Notes: generated from the letters alone by a model not told the origin. A stretch of DNA of 40,764 bases from Candidatus Uhrbacteria bacterium RIFCSPHIGHO2_02_FULL_57_19 (GCA_001791115.1 MGDZ01000004.1:1-40764); one strand, 5' to 3'; shown: positions 17,745 through 27,298, numbered from the stretch's first letter. Numbers and translations are program-made.

Positions 17745-18316
17745 AACGTGTATTTATTGTCCACGGCTGGGATGGGTACCCCGAGGAATGCTGGTTCCCG
17801 TGGCTCAAGCAGGAGCTTGAACAGCGGGGATTTGGTGTCGAGGTTCCGCAGATGCCCAACCCCGACGCTCCCACAATCCAAACATGGGTGCCACATCTTT
17901 CCAAGATGATTGGTACTCCCGATCAGGAAACCTATCTCGTGGGCCACAGCATAGGAGTCCAGACGATCCTGCGTTATCTGCAAACTGTCGAGGCGCTCGT
18001 GGGCGGCGTAGTCGCTGTCGCTGGTTTCTTTACATTGATACCCGGCTCCATCGGTACTGCTGATGATGAGGCAGTTGCCCAACCGTGGCTCACGACACCG
18101 ATGGATGTGGAGAAGATCAAGGGGAACGCGAGTAAGGTTGTCGCTATCTTTTCTGACAACGACAGATTCGTTCCGTTGGAAAACGTCGAAATGTTTCAGG
18201 CGCGACTCGGTGCAGAGACAATCGTTCTACATAACAAAGGACATATCGGAGGAAGTGACAATGCAAAAGATGTCCCGGAGATTCTGGATACCGTTCTGAA
18301 GATCGCGGGAGTATGA
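17741..18316 (+). CDS. Alpha/beta serine hydrolase, YdeN/RBBP9-like
   Basis: VFIVHGWDGYPEECWFPWL, nucleophile elbow VGHSIG, C-terminal HNKGH; 191 aa. Confidence 0.7.
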   Translation: MKRVFIVHGWDGYPEECWFPWLKQELEQRGFGVEVPQMPNPDAPTIQTWVPHLSKMIGTPDQETYLVGHSIGVQTILRYLQTVEALVGGVVAVAGFFTLIPGSIGTADDEAVAQPWLTTPMDVEKIKGNASKVVAIFSDNDRFVPLENVEMFQARLGAETIVLHNKGHIGGSDNAKDVPEILDTVLKIAGV

Positions 18317-19083
18317 CCTACCGTCTCACCGGCATCGTGCTCCGTCGCCGGCCGCTGCGCGAGGCGGATCGCCTCTACACCGTTTACACGCGGGAGCGGG
18401 GAAAGGTGGAACTTCTGGCACAGGGGACGCGCAAAATTCAGAGCAAACTGGCTGGAACGCTGGAGACGCTCTCGGTTCTGAACATACAGGCCGCGCGCGG
18501 AAAGGCGATGGACCGGCTGACCACAGCCGATGTGGTCGAGTCTTTCTCCGGCATCCGAACCGCCCAACAAATAGCGGCCTCTCTCGCCATCTTCGCGCTC
18601 ACTGATGATCTCACCCGTGGTGGAGAACAAGAGGAGATGCTCTTTGAGCTTCTTGGCGAGACTTGTCGGTCGATCGCCGCTACTGATGATTCCGTCTCCC
18701 TTGAGCGGCGTCTCGACGCCTTTCTTTGGAAACTTCTGCCGATCCTTGGCTACCGACCTGAACTCCGGCATTGCCTTCGTTGTGAAGCGCAGGAGGGGAT
18801 CAGCGGCTTTGACATTCACGGCGGCGGGATTCTGTGCGACAAATGCTTTCGACAAGCATCAGTTGAAGGCAAGGCGGTAAATCTCACGCTCGAGGCGCTC
18901 CGCGAGCTTCGCTCCATTGTCCATAATCCTGGACATCCGGACGCCACACCCGTGGACGTCGCGCTTGCCGTCCGCCGGTTGGGATTCCTTTTTCTTGCCA
19001 TGCATGGTGAACGCCCCTGGCCATCCCGTAACGTGCTTTCTGCTATTTCGTCAACGTCTTCTCGAATAATCTCCTTGGCTTGA
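18313..19083 (+). CDS. recO: DNA repair protein RecO
   Basis: LTGIVLRRRPLREADRLYTVYTRERGKVELLAQGTRK OB-fold N-terminus; CLRC...CDKC zinc motif. Confidence 0.9.
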   Translation: MTYRLTGIVLRRRPLREADRLYTVYTRERGKVELLAQGTRKIQSKLAGTLETLSVLNIQAARGKAMDRLTTADVVESFSGIRTAQQIAASLAIFALTDDLTRGGEQEEMLFELLGETCRSIAATDDSVSLERRLDAFLWKLLPILGYRPELRHCLRCEAQEGISGFDIHGGGILCDKCFRQASVEGKAVNLTLEALRELRSIVHNPGHPDATPVDVALAVRRLGFLFLAMHGERPWPSRNVLSAISSTSSRIISLA

Positions 19084-19107
19084 TAATTTAGAGATTTTTC
19101 GATACCA

Positions 19108-19137
19108 TCGCCTTATCGCAGAAGGCGACTTTTTTTC
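19108..19137 (+). terminator. Intrinsic terminator after recO
   Basis: TCGCCTT-ATCGCAG-AAGGCGA followed by C-TTTTTTT. Confidence 0.7.
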
Positions 19138-19141
19138 TTTG

Positions 19142-19178
19142 CGCTGATTACGCTGATATGGAACGGATTACGCTGATA
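19142..19178. repeat. CGCTGAT-family direct repeat spanning the asnS start codon
   Basis: GATTACGCTGATA at 19146-19158 and 19166-19178, plus an extra GCGCTGAT at 19141. The reverse orientation of the ATCAGCG family. Confidence 0.8.
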
Positions 19179-20456
19179 CGGGAACTTGCCGGGCTCGTCA
19201 GTTCGAATGTTCGCATCCGCGGGTGGGTTTATAATTTGCGCTCGTCTGGTTCGATTGCGTTTTTGCAGTTGAGGGACGGGACGGGACGCGTTCAGGCCGT
19301 CGTATCAAAGAACGATGTGTCGTCCGAGTCCTGGGAAGCCGCCTCGACGGCCACGATTGAGTCCTCGGCCATCGTTGATGGCATCGTCAAAACAGAACCT
19401 CGGTCGCCGTCGGGGGTCGAGATTCAAGCAACCCGTGTCGAGTTGGTCCAACGCGCGGCCGAGTTTCCGATCGGCAAAAAAGAACACGGACCGGATTTTC
19501 TTCTCGATAACCGACATCTGTGGATCAGAAGCGCTCGACAGGAAGCGATTCTCCGTATCCGTGACGAGATTATTTTCGCGCTCCGCGAGTTCATGCGGCT
19601 CCGTGGGTTCATCCTCTGCGACTCGCCGATTTTCACACCCAACGCGGTGGAAGGCACGACCGATCTATTCGAGGTCAACTACTTTGATCGTCCGGCTTAC
19701 CTATCTCAATCCGGCCAGCTCTATCAGGAGGCGACCTCGGCCGCGCTGGGCAAGACCTACTGCTTCGGCCCGACCTTCAGATCAGAAAAATCCAAAACCC
19801 GGCGACATCTCACCGAATTCTGGATGCTGGAGGCCGAGGCTTCTTTCATGGACTGGCAGGAGAACATTCAGCTCCAGGAAGATATGATGGCGCATGTCGT
19901 CCGCCATGTTTTAGAAAATCGAAAAGAAGATCTAAAAACACTCGAGCGGGATACGTCGGTCCTCGAGAAGTCGGCTGAAGGCCGCTTCCCGCGGCTCCAC
20001 TACGACGAGGCGATTAAAAAGCTCCAGCTCCTCGGCTCGGACATCAAATGGGGCGACGACTTTGGCGCCGATGACGAGACTATTCTCACCAAGCAGTTCG
20101 ACCGGCCGATTTTTATCCATCATTATCCGGCGAAGATCAAGGCCTTCTATATGAAGCCCGACGCCGAGCGGCCGGACTTGGCACTGAATGACGATTGTTT
20201 GGCGCCCGAAGGGTATGGCGAGATCATTGGGGGTTCGCAAAGAATTGACGAACTCACTCTCCTCGAGAAGCGAATCGAAGAGCACGGGCTTCCGCGCAAG
20301 GCCTTTGAGTGGTATCTCGATCTCCGGCGTTACGGCAGCGTTCCGCACTCCGGCTTCGGCATTGGCGTTGAGCGCACCGTCTCCTGGATCTGCGGACTGG
20401 AGCATGTCCGCGAGACCATTCCCTTCCCCCGGCTGTTGAACCGCTTGGAACCGTGA
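19158..20456 (+). CDS. asnS: Asparaginyl-tRNA synthetase
   Basis: 432 aa, class IIb. [27 protein letters not shown] and [13 protein letters not shown] motifs. Confidence 0.93.
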   Translation: MERITLIRELAGLVSSNVRIRGWVYNLRSSGSIAFLQLRDGTGRVQAVVSKNDVSSESWEAASTATIESSAIVDGIVKTEPRSPSGVEIQATRVELVQRAAEFPIGKKEHGPDFLLDNRHLWIRSARQEAILRIRDEIIFALREFMRLRGFILCDSPIFTPNAVEGTTDLFEVNYFDRPAYLSQSGQLYQEATSAALGKTYCFGPTFRSEKSKTRRHLTEFWMLEAEASFMDWQENIQLQEDMMAHVVRHVLENRKEDLKTLERDTSVLEKSAEGRFPRLHYDEAIKKLQLLGSDIKWGDDFGADDETILTKQFDRPIFIHHYPAKIKAFYMKPDAERPDLALNDDCLAPEGYGEIIGGSQRIDELTLLEKRIEEHGLPRKAFEWYLDLRRYGSVPHSGFGIGVERTVSWICGLEHVRETIPFPRLLNRLEP

Positions 20457-20474
20457 GGAAAATCGGGGTATAAT
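20445..20474 (+). promoter_or_regulatory. Sigma70-like promoter inside the asnS 3' end
   Basis: TTGGAA 20445-20450, 18-nt spacer, consensus TATAAT 20469-20474. Confidence 0.4.
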
Positions 20475-20504
20475 GGGCCTATCGCCGGATGCCTAATTAG
20501 AACC

Positions 20505-20702
20505 ATGGCCCGCAAAAAATCGATCTGGAGACAAGAAGTCAACCCAAAGATGGCCTATATGCTGATCGGGACGGCTGTCTTGGCCGTCTTTTTCGAGGTA
20601 CTGATCCTCACCCTGGCCGTGGAACGCGCCTACGCCATAGCCGTTGACCACATGGTCCGGACTCCGGTGCCTCACTATAGCGAACAAGAGTTGTTCCGTT
20701 GA
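20505..20702 (+). CDS. Possible small single-pass membrane protein
   Basis: 65-aa ORF with one hydrophobic helix, [24 protein letters not shown]. No clear RBS. Confidence 0.35.
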   Translation: MARKKSIWRQEVNPKMAYMLIGTAVLAVFFEVLILTLAVERAYAIAVDHMVRTPVPHYSEQELFR

Positions 20703-20731
20703 ACGAAAGAGGTCCATTAATCCCCCGAAAC

Positions 20732-22183
20732 ATGCAGCGCATCTGGATATCAGAAATAACCGGCAAAGTCGGCCAAGAAGTCGCGCTTTGCGGCTGGGTC
20801 AATGGCCGGCGCGACATGGGGAAGCTCGTCTTCATCGATCTCCGGGATCGCTCGGGCATCGTTCAGGTCGTCTTTCCTTCGGGAAATCAGGAGCTGGCCA
20901 AAGTCGCCGGCGACCTGCGGCCGGAGTTCGTGGTTAGCGTCCGCGGGAAGGTCAACGCGCGACCGCCCAAGCAGGTCAATCCGAATCTGCCCACCGGAAC
21001 GGTGGAAGTTGAGGCGCTGGAGGCCGTGATCCTCAACCAGGCGAAAACGCCGCCTTTTGAAATCGACAAGGACACGGCCGGAGTCAGCGAGGAAACAAGA
21101 CTGGCCTACCGCTATCTTGACCTCCGGAGCGAACGAATGCGGAAGAATCTGGAGCTCCGTCATCGAATGATTAAGTTTTTCCGTGATTGGCTCTCGGAGC
21201 GCGGGTTCCTGGAAATCGAGACGCCGATGCTCACCAAGGGCACGCCGGAGGGCGCGCGGGAGTTCATCGTTCCTTCACGGCTTCATCCCGGAAAATTTTA
21301 CGTCCTGCCTCAATCGCCTCAACAATTCAAACAACTTTTGATGGTCGCCGGAGTGGAGCGCTATTTTCAGATCGCCCGCGCCTTGCGCGACGAGGATCAA
21401 CGGGGAGACCGCCAACCGGAACACACCCAGCTTGACATGGAAATGAGTTTTGTCGATCAGAATGATGTGTTGGAACTTGTTGAGGAAATGATGATGGCCA
21501 TGGTCAAAGCGGTGGCGCCCGAAAAAAAGATTAACGCCATTCCCTTTCCGCGGATTCCTTACGACCAGGCGATGAAAAAATACAAATCAGATAAGCCGGA
21601 TCTGCGAAGGAATCCAGGGGATCCAGATGAGCTGGCCTTTGCCTGGATCGTTGATTTTCCCATGTTCGAGAAGGGAGATGATGGGAAGATCAATGCCATG
21701 CATCATCCTTTCACTTCCGTACACGAAGAGGACCTGCTTGATTCCGACCCGTTGCGTGTCCACGCCAAACAATACGATCTGGTTTTAAATGGCTATGAGC
21801 TGGCCTCGGGGAGCATTCGGATCCATCGGCGGGATTTGCAAAATAAGGTTTTCAAGGTTCTCGGTCTTTCCGACGAAGAAATCGAGCGCCGCTTCGGGCA
21901 TATGCTCCGGGCCTTCGAGTACGGCGCTCCGCCGCACGGAGGCATCGCGCCGGGGATCGACCGCCTGGCCATGCTTCTTGCCGGGGAGCCCAACATCCGC
22001 GAGGTCATCGCTTTTCCCAAGACCGGGGACGCCCGCGACCTTCTAATGGGCGCGCCATCCGAAGTGTCGGCCTCCCAGCTCCGCGAGGTGCACATTCAGA
22101 TCATCAAGGATAAAAAGGGGAACCCTTCGACCTGCCTACCGGACAGGCAGGCTCGGCTCAGGGCAGGGAAAAGAGGAAATTAG
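20732..22183 (+). CDS. aspS: Aspartyl-tRNA synthetase, bacterial-type core but lacking the GAD insertion domain
   Basis: [52 protein letters not shown] is the bacterial-type motif 2 region. [28 protein letters not shown] (nt 21587-21658) joins directly where the GAD domain normally sits. Start chosen at ATG-20732 (MQRIW...). Confidence 0.9.
   Translation: MQRIWISEITGKVGQEVALCGWVNGRRDMGKLVFIDLRDRSGIVQVVFPSGNQELAKVAGDLRPEFVVSVRGKVNARPPKQVNPNLPTGTVEVEALEAVILNQAKTPPFEIDKDTAGVSEETRLAYRYLDLRSERMRKNLELRHRMIKFFRDWLSERGFLEIETPMLTKGTPEGAREFIVPSRLHPGKFYVLPQSPQQFKQLLMVAGVERYFQIARALRDEDQRGDRQPEHTQLDMEMSFVDQNDVLELVEEMMMAMVKAVAPEKKINAIPFPRIPYDQAMKKYKSDKPDLRRNPGDPDELAFAWIVDFPMFEKGDDGKINAMHHPFTSVHEEDLLDSDPLRVHAKQYDLVLNGYELASGSIRIHRRDLQNKVFKVLGLSDEEIERRFGHMLRAFEYGAPPHGGIAPGIDRLAMLLAGEPNIREVIAFPKTGDARDLLMGAPSEVSASQLREVHIQIIKDKKGNPSTCLPDRQARLRAGKRGN
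22131..22151. repeat. REP-like palindrome (copy 2 of 3) inside the aspS C-terminal tail
   Basis: CCTGCCT-ACCGGAC-AGGCAGG encodes ...CLPDRQA... Confidence 0.8.
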
Positions 22184-22184
22184 G

Positions 22185-22481
22185 GTGAGTATGCGGTTCT
22201 CGGATCTGCAGAAGTACATCCTGGTAGCCTGCCGTGGAGCCGGCGGGCGGTGCAACCGAAGGCGGATGATCTACTATTACGAAACCAAGAAAAAGCCGTC
22301 GCACAAGGATCAGGTGGACGCCGTCACTAAGGCCCTGGAGCGGCTCATTGATCGCGGACTGTTGGTTGGTTACGGGGTCAGGACCCCGAAAAGGTGGTAT
22401 ATTAATGACGTTCGACTCACCCCCGCCGGGCGTAAGGCAGTGCGCGTCATCCGTGGAACACAACAGAGATTATTTCAATAA
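22185..22481 (+). CDS. Small hypothetical protein, possibly winged-helix DNA-binding
   Basis: 98-aa ORF (GTG-22185 or ATG-22191). AVTKALERLIDRGLLVGYG resembles a wHTH recognition region. No family recognised with confidence. Confidence 0.55.
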   Translation: MSMRFSDLQKYILVACRGAGGRCNRRRMIYYYETKKKPSHKDQVDAVTKALERLIDRGLLVGYGVRTPKRWYINDVRLTPAGRKAVRVIRGTQQRLFQ

Positions 22482-22492
22482 TCAGAAATGAT

Positions 22493-23068
22493 ATGTCTGT
22501 TTCAAAGAAGGTTCTCGCCTATCTTGATGGAAAGAAAGTGAAGTATGAAGTGGTTCCGCATCGGAAGGTGTTTACCGCCTACGATCTGGCGCAAACCCTG
22601 GGCGAGGAGCTGAATAAAATCGCCAAAACACTCTTGGTCAAGGTTGAGCTGCCAGAGCTTAAAAAAAGTGGTAAGTACTATGTCGTCGCGGTGCCGGCCT
22701 CCTACCGCGTTGATCCGGCGAAGATCAAGAAACAGCTCAAGGCGGCGCGAGTGGAGCTCGCTCCGGAACGGGTGTTCAAGCAGCTGGGAATCGAACCCGG
22801 CGCGCTTTCGCCGTTTGCGGGCATGCATCAATTGGAGCTCCTGCTGGATAAGACTCTTCTGCGCACCAAGAAAGCGATCGTCCGCGCGGGGAGTCTCACC
22901 GAATCCTTGCGTGTCGCAGTGAAGGATTTGCACAAAATGGAGAAGGCCAAGGTTGGAGTTTTCGGAGGCAAAGTCGCCGGGCTGAAGTTGCAGGTGAAGG
23001 TTCAAAAAGCGAAGAGGAAGAGGGGGAGTGGAAAGGGTAAGAAAAAGGGAAGAAAAGGGAAGCGGTAA
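22493..23068 (+). CDS. YbaK/EbsC-type aminoacyl-tRNA deacylase domain protein with a Lys-rich tail
   Basis: VLAYLDGKKVKYEVVPH...IAKTLLVKV...GALSPFAG pattern. Tail KAKRKRGSGKGKKKGRKGKR. Confidence 0.65.
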   Translation: MSVSKKVLAYLDGKKVKYEVVPHRKVFTAYDLAQTLGEELNKIAKTLLVKVELPELKKSGKYYVVAVPASYRVDPAKIKKQLKAARVELAPERVFKQLGIEPGALSPFAGMHQLELLLDKTLLRTKKAIVRAGSLTESLRVAVKDLHKMEKAKVGVFGGKVAGLKLQVKVQKAKRKRGSGKGKKKGRKGKR

Positions 23069-23072
23069 AACG

Positions 23073-23783
23073 ATGCCAATCACCGTCAAACTGGAAAAAT
23101 TCGAAGGGCCGCTTGATCTCCTCCTGCAGTTAATCGAGCGGGAGGATTTGCCGATTACGGAGGTGTCGCTCTCGAGCGTCACCGATCAGTATCTGCGAGC
23201 CATCAAAGCGACAAAAGTTCCCTCGGAGGATCTGGCTGATTTTCTGCTGGTTGCCGCTAAGCTCCTGCTCATCAAGTCAAGGATTCTTTTGCCGCAGATC
23301 GATCTCGGTCTCGAAGAGGAAGGGATTCCCTTGGACGTTCAGCTGCGGATGTACAAGGAGTTTGTCGAGGCGGCCAAGATTATTGACGCCAAGATAAAAA
23401 AGAAACAATTCGCATTTGTTCGCGAGAAACCTCCGTTTCAGAAAGGATTTTTTCCGCCCAAGACGCTGACCTCCGAGAAAATGGCCGCGGTATTCCGCGA
23501 GATCGTCAAAGCGCTCGAACCGGTGATCGCTTTGCCTAAACAGGCCTTGGAGCGGGCGGTGTCCATTCAGGATAAGATCGCTAGGATCCGCCAGCTTCTC
23601 TCTGATCGAGCCCAGGCCAGTTTCAGCAGCTTGCTCCGCGAGGCCAAAAACAAGACCGAGGTGATCGTTTCCTTTCTGGCCCTTCTCGAGCTGGTCAAGC
23701 AGAAGATCGTGGATGTGGATCAAGAGAAACTATTCGAAGACATCGAGATCAAACGATTGAACAAAACCGCGACCCATGTCTGA
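23073..23783 (+). CDS. scpA: Segregation and condensation protein A
   Basis: KLEKFEGPLDLLLQLIEREDLPITEVSLSSVTDQYL. ATG-23073 lies just after the preceding stop. Confidence 0.9.
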   Translation: MPITVKLEKFEGPLDLLLQLIEREDLPITEVSLSSVTDQYLRAIKATKVPSEDLADFLLVAAKLLLIKSRILLPQIDLGLEEEGIPLDVQLRMYKEFVEAAKIIDAKIKKKQFAFVREKPPFQKGFFPPKTLTSEKMAAVFREIVKALEPVIALPKQALERAVSIQDKIARIRQLLSDRAQASFSSLLREAKNKTEVIVSFLALLELVKQKIVDVDQEKLFEDIEIKRLNKTATHV

Positions 23784-24339
23784 TCTGGCATCAAAAATCG
23801 AATCGGTGTTATTCGTCTCCACTCGACCGCTCTCCGTAAAACGGCTGGCCGAGGTTCTGGATTCCGACTCCAAGAAAGTCGAAACGGCGCTGGACGATCT
23901 TGGAAAACGGTACAAGGAGCGCGGCGGCGGGGTTTCGCTCGTCCGGGCCGGGAAGGAATATCAGATGATGTCGTCAGGCGAGAACGCGAAGATCGTCCAG
24001 GAATTCATCCGCGAAGAATTCACTGGCGAGCTAACCCGGCCCTCACTTGAGACGCTGACCATCATCGCCTATCGCGGGCCGGTGACGAAACCCGAGATCG
24101 AACAGATCCGAGGCGTGAACTGCTCGCTCATCCTGCGCAACCTGATGATCCGCGGACTGGTTGAAGCCGAGGAGGACAAAAAACTACTGGCCACTCGTTA
24201 CCGGATTTCCATGGACTTTATGCGCTACTTGAACATCCGGGATATTTCAGAACTTCCGGACTATGAGCGGCTCCGTTCGGACAAGCATCTTCAGGAGCTC
24301 CTGGAGAAGAAAGCCGAAACGCCGCCAACCGCGTCATGA
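23776..24339 (+). CDS. scpB: Segregation and condensation protein B
   Basis: KIESVLFVSTRPLSVKRLAEVL...TLTIIAYRGPVTKPEIEQIRGV. Confidence 0.9.
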   Translation: MSDLASKIESVLFVSTRPLSVKRLAEVLDSDSKKVETALDDLGKRYKERGGGVSLVRAGKEYQMMSSGENAKIVQEFIREEFTGELTRPSLETLTIIAYRGPVTKPEIEQIRGVNCSLILRNLMIRGLVEAEEDKKLLATRYRISMDFMRYLNIRDISELPDYERLRSDKHLQELLEKKAETPPTAS

Positions 24340-25307
24340 TTTTTATCCTTTTTCTGCAACTGGCCCTGCTTCTTTTTCTGCCCGGCTTAACTCTCCCCGG
24401 CGCGGAGTTTGATTCGCTGATAGAGCCGGCCGAGGCCAGTGCCGTTACATTCTCTACTTTGCCGCCGCCGGCCGCCAGACTTCCCACGGCCGATGAACGC
24501 TTCTCGCAGCCGAGAAAAATCCGCCCCGAATCCTTGGGCGTGCGAATCTCGGCAAGGAGCGCGCTAGTGGTTGACGCGGGGAGTGGGGAGACGCTTTTTT
24601 CCAAGGATCCAGACGCCCTGCTTCCGGTGGCCAGTTTGACCAAACTGGCCTCGGCCCTGGTTTTTGTCGAATCCAAACCTGACTGGGATTCGGAAGTGAC
24701 TATCGCTTCCTCGGACATGCGCGGCGGGGCGGTCGAATATCTTATTCCTGGGGAATCGGTTACTGCCAAGGAACTGTTTGAAATCGCGCTAGTTGGCTCG
24801 TCGAACACGGCTGTGGCCGCGATGAGCAGGTCTACCGGACTTAACGCCGAGGAATTTGTCGCCCGGATGAACGCCAAGACCGCCTTATTGGGGTTAAAAC
24901 GCACCAGTTTTGTTGAGCCGACCGGTTTGAATCCAGCCAACGTCGGCACGGCTCGCGAGGTGGCCAGACTGGCTCAGGCGGCGTTCCTTGAGCCGCGAAT
25001 CCGGGAGGCGGTAACTACCAGACAAGTCACCGTTAGGCCGAAGAATTCCAAAGGGAGCCGGACGCGCGTCATTCGTTCCACCGATGCGCTTCTCTCTTCA
25101 TTCCTGGCTAAGCCGCCGTACGAACTGATCGGGGGGAAAACCGGATCTCTCGGCGGTGGAGTCGGATATCATTTCGTCATGTCGCTTGAGAACGGAGAGT
25201 CGCGGCCGGTGATCGTTGTCGTGCTGGGATCGGACTCGAACGCGGCCCGCTTCCAGGACGCCAAGTCTCTGGCGGTGTGGACGTTCGATACCTGGAGTTG
25301 GAAGTAG
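24336..25307 (+). CDS. Serine-type D-Ala-D-Ala carboxypeptidase (peptidase S11), secreted
   Basis: N-terminal signal-like segment. SxxK (ASLTKL), SxN (SSN) and KTG (GKTGSL) motifs. Confidence 0.85.
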   Translation: MIFILFLQLALLLFLPGLTLPGAEFDSLIEPAEASAVTFSTLPPPAARLPTADERFSQPRKIRPESLGVRISARSALVVDAGSGETLFSKDPDALLPVASLTKLASALVFVESKPDWDSEVTIASSDMRGGAVEYLIPGESVTAKELFEIALVGSSNTAVAAMSRSTGLNAEEFVARMNAKTALLGLKRTSFVEPTGLNPANVGTAREVARLAQAAFLEPRIREAVTTRQVTVRPKNSKGSRTRVIRSTDALLSSFLAKPPYELIGGKTGSLGGGVGYHFVMSLENGESRPVIVVVLGSDSNAARFQDAKSLAVWTFDTWSWK

Positions 25308-25315
25308 CATAATGT

Positions 25316-26503
25316 ATGCGCATTGGGATTGATTGCAGAACGATTTTGAATCCCGGTTACGGGGAGCGGGCGGGTGTTGGACACTACACCTATTTTTTAG
25401 TGAAGAACCTGCTCCGCATCGACGCGGAAAACACGTACGTCCTCTTTTTCGACGATCGGATCACGGATGCGGCCATTCGCGCCCACACCGCCGGCGCGCC
25501 GAACGTCGAGGTTGTGCGTTTTCCGTTCCACGAGTACCGTCACGCGCTGCCGGGAGTGTACTCGCATCTTCTCCTCTCGGCTTTTATCGCCAAACAGAAA
25601 CCGGATGTTTTCCATCTTCCAGCCGGCACCATGCCTGCCGCCTATCGCGGACGGACGGTGGTTACCATTCACGATCTGGCCATCTATCACCATCCGGAAT
25701 GGTTTCCGAAGCAGGCGCTTTCAACCAAAGTGCTCTATCCGAAAACAGTAAGGTCGGCAACGCGCATCATCGCTGTCTCCGACGCCACGCGGGAGGATGC
25801 GGAGAAGCGTTTTCGGATTCCTGCCGCCCGCATCAGGACGATTTATCCCGGCGTTGATGTCCGGGGAAGCTCGATTTTTTCCGAGGACATTTTGAGTGAG
25901 GACGACTCGGCCGATTCGGCCGAGGTGCGCGCCCGCCATCGGTTGGACAAGCCCTATATCCTGTTTCTGGGAACGCTGGAGCCGCGGAAGAATATTTCGG
26001 GCTTGGTTCGCGCTTTCCTCACGCTGTGGATGAAGGATCCGCGGGCGAGAGAGTTTGATTTGATCATTGCCGGCGCTCGAGGGTGGAAAGAAGGGGAAAC
26101 GGTGCGGACCGTCGAGTCCGCCCGCCGTCTGACCCGCGGAGCGGTCCGTTGGATCGGTTACATTCCGCACCGTGAAAAATTCACCCTGATGCGCCAGGCG
26201 GCCGTCTTTTGTTTCCCGACATTTTTTGAAGGTTTTGGAATGCCGGTATTGGAGGCCCTGGCTCTTGGAGTTCCGGTCATTGCCTCGGACATCCCGGTTC
26301 TCCGGGAAGTAGCCGGACCGGCGGCCATGTACGTTCCGCCGGGCAGCGAGGATGAGATGGCCCATGTTTTAAGCGATCTCCTGCACAACGAATCGCGCCG
26401 CGATGTGCTAAGAGGGATGGGCCTTAAGCGCGCGGCGCATTTTTCCTGGGAGAAAGCGTCCCGGGAGACGCTCGGGGTCTACCGCGCCGCCGTACGCGGT
26501 TGA
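25316..26503 (+). CDS. Family 4 glycosyltransferase
   Basis: 395 aa. GT-B C-terminal EGFGMPVLEALALGVPVIASD (E-x7-E) motif. Confidence 0.88.
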   Translation: MRIGIDCRTILNPGYGERAGVGHYTYFLVKNLLRIDAENTYVLFFDDRITDAAIRAHTAGAPNVEVVRFPFHEYRHALPGVYSHLLLSAFIAKQKPDVFHLPAGTMPAAYRGRTVVTIHDLAIYHHPEWFPKQALSTKVLYPKTVRSATRIIAVSDATREDAEKRFRIPAARIRTIYPGVDVRGSSIFSEDILSEDDSADSAEVRARHRLDKPYILFLGTLEPRKNISGLVRAFLTLWMKDPRAREFDLIIAGARGWKEGETVRTVESARRLTRGAVRWIGYIPHREKFTLMRQAAVFCFPTFFEGFGMPVLEALALGVPVIASDIPVLREVAGPAAMYVPPGSEDEMAHVLSDLLHNESRRDVLRGMGLKRAAHFSWEKASRETLGVYRAAVRG

Positions 26504-26515
26504 GTTTCAAGACCT

Positions 26516-26546
26516 AAAACCCGTCCCGCTTAGCGGGACGGGTTTT
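26516..26546. terminator. Bidirectional intrinsic terminator between convergent genes
   Basis: AAAA-CCCGTCCCGC-TTA-GCGGGACGGG-TTTT. Confidence 0.8.
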
Positions 26547-26581
26547 ATGAATGTTGCGTGCTACAAGTTACGAGTTTGGTG

Positions 26582-27043
26582 TCAAACCCGGTGCTGGATG
26601 AAGTAGAACAATGCTAATTGCCAGGTTGCGCCGGATAGGAAGGTCCAGTCGCGGATTCGCAGGGCGATGAAATTGTGGTTTCGGAAGTGGAGATTGTGAA
26701 ACCACTTGGTGTAAGCGCTGGGCTTCAGTTCGTGAAAGCCGACGACGGCATCGGGTAGAACCGAGCCGGCAATGCCCATGGCCACTGAGGCGTTGGAAAA
26801 GAAATCGCGCGATTGGAAAAATAAAACAGCCACGACGATCGAGGCCAGTGCGTCGACGACCGTCCAAAAAACCGCCACCCGCACGTGTTTGCCCCGCTTG
26901 TAGTCCTGGTACTGGTGGGCGTCGCCGTGGGGGATAATGTCGGCCAGGAAGTGCGACAAAAAACCAAGGACGAAGGCGGTGAGCGGATCCGGAGATACCT
27001 TCCCGATAACCGCCCCGATGGCCGTGTGGTTCAGAATAAGCAT
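26582..27043 (-). CDS. YdjM/DUF457-like membrane-bound metal-dependent hydrolase
   Basis: MLILNHTAIGAVIG...GFLSHFLADIIPHGD pattern; 4 TM segments. The ORF track extends to TTG-27064, but ATG-27043 fits the family N-terminus better. Confidence 0.55.
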   Translation of the reverse strand: MLILNHTAIGAVIGKVSPDPLTAFVLGFLSHFLADIIPHGDAHQYQDYKRGKHVRVAVFWTVVDALASIVVAVLFFQSRDFFSNASVAMGIAGSVLPDAVVGFHELKPSAYTKWFHNLHFRNHNFIALRIRDWTFLSGATWQLALFYFIQHRV

Positions 27044-27083
27044 GGGAGGAAAAAATAAGTTCAAATCCCAGCCGCAAATCTAA

Positions 27084-27145
27084 TCCGCGCAACCCGAGGC
27101 ACAAGTATTATCTATCTTCTACCCCAAGTTGCGGGGGCGAGATTT
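27084..27145. repeat. Direct repeat copy A (62 nt, 1 mismatch) of the tRNA-fMet 3' end plus flank
   Basis: Positions 27084-27139 are identical to 27237-27292. After one mismatch, GATTT matches again. The offset is 153 bp. Confidence 0.9.
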
Positions 27146-27188
27146 CTCTCGCTCCGACTCGAGCCTGGGCGCTGCGCACCACCCCGCC
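27129..27188 (-). pseudogene. About 60-nt relic of the initiator tRNA (acceptor stem and degenerate T arm retained, anticodon arm lost)
   Basis: The minus strand reads GGCGGGG-TG-GTGCGCAGCGCCCAGGCTCGAGTCGGA-GCGAG-AGAAAT-CTCGC-CCCCGCA-A. It aligns with the intact gene at both ends only. Confidence 0.6.
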
Positions 27189-27236
27189 ACCGGCGGGGTT
27201 CTCGCGCCCTTCAAATCCCGTGTTTCGCAACAACGT

Positions 27237-27298
27237 TCCGCGCAACCCGAGGCACAAGTATTATCTATCTTCTACCCCAAGTTGCGGGGGCGGGATTT
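27237..27298. repeat. Direct repeat copy B (overlaps the intact tRNA-fMet 3' end)
   Basis: See copy A. Confidence 0.9.
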
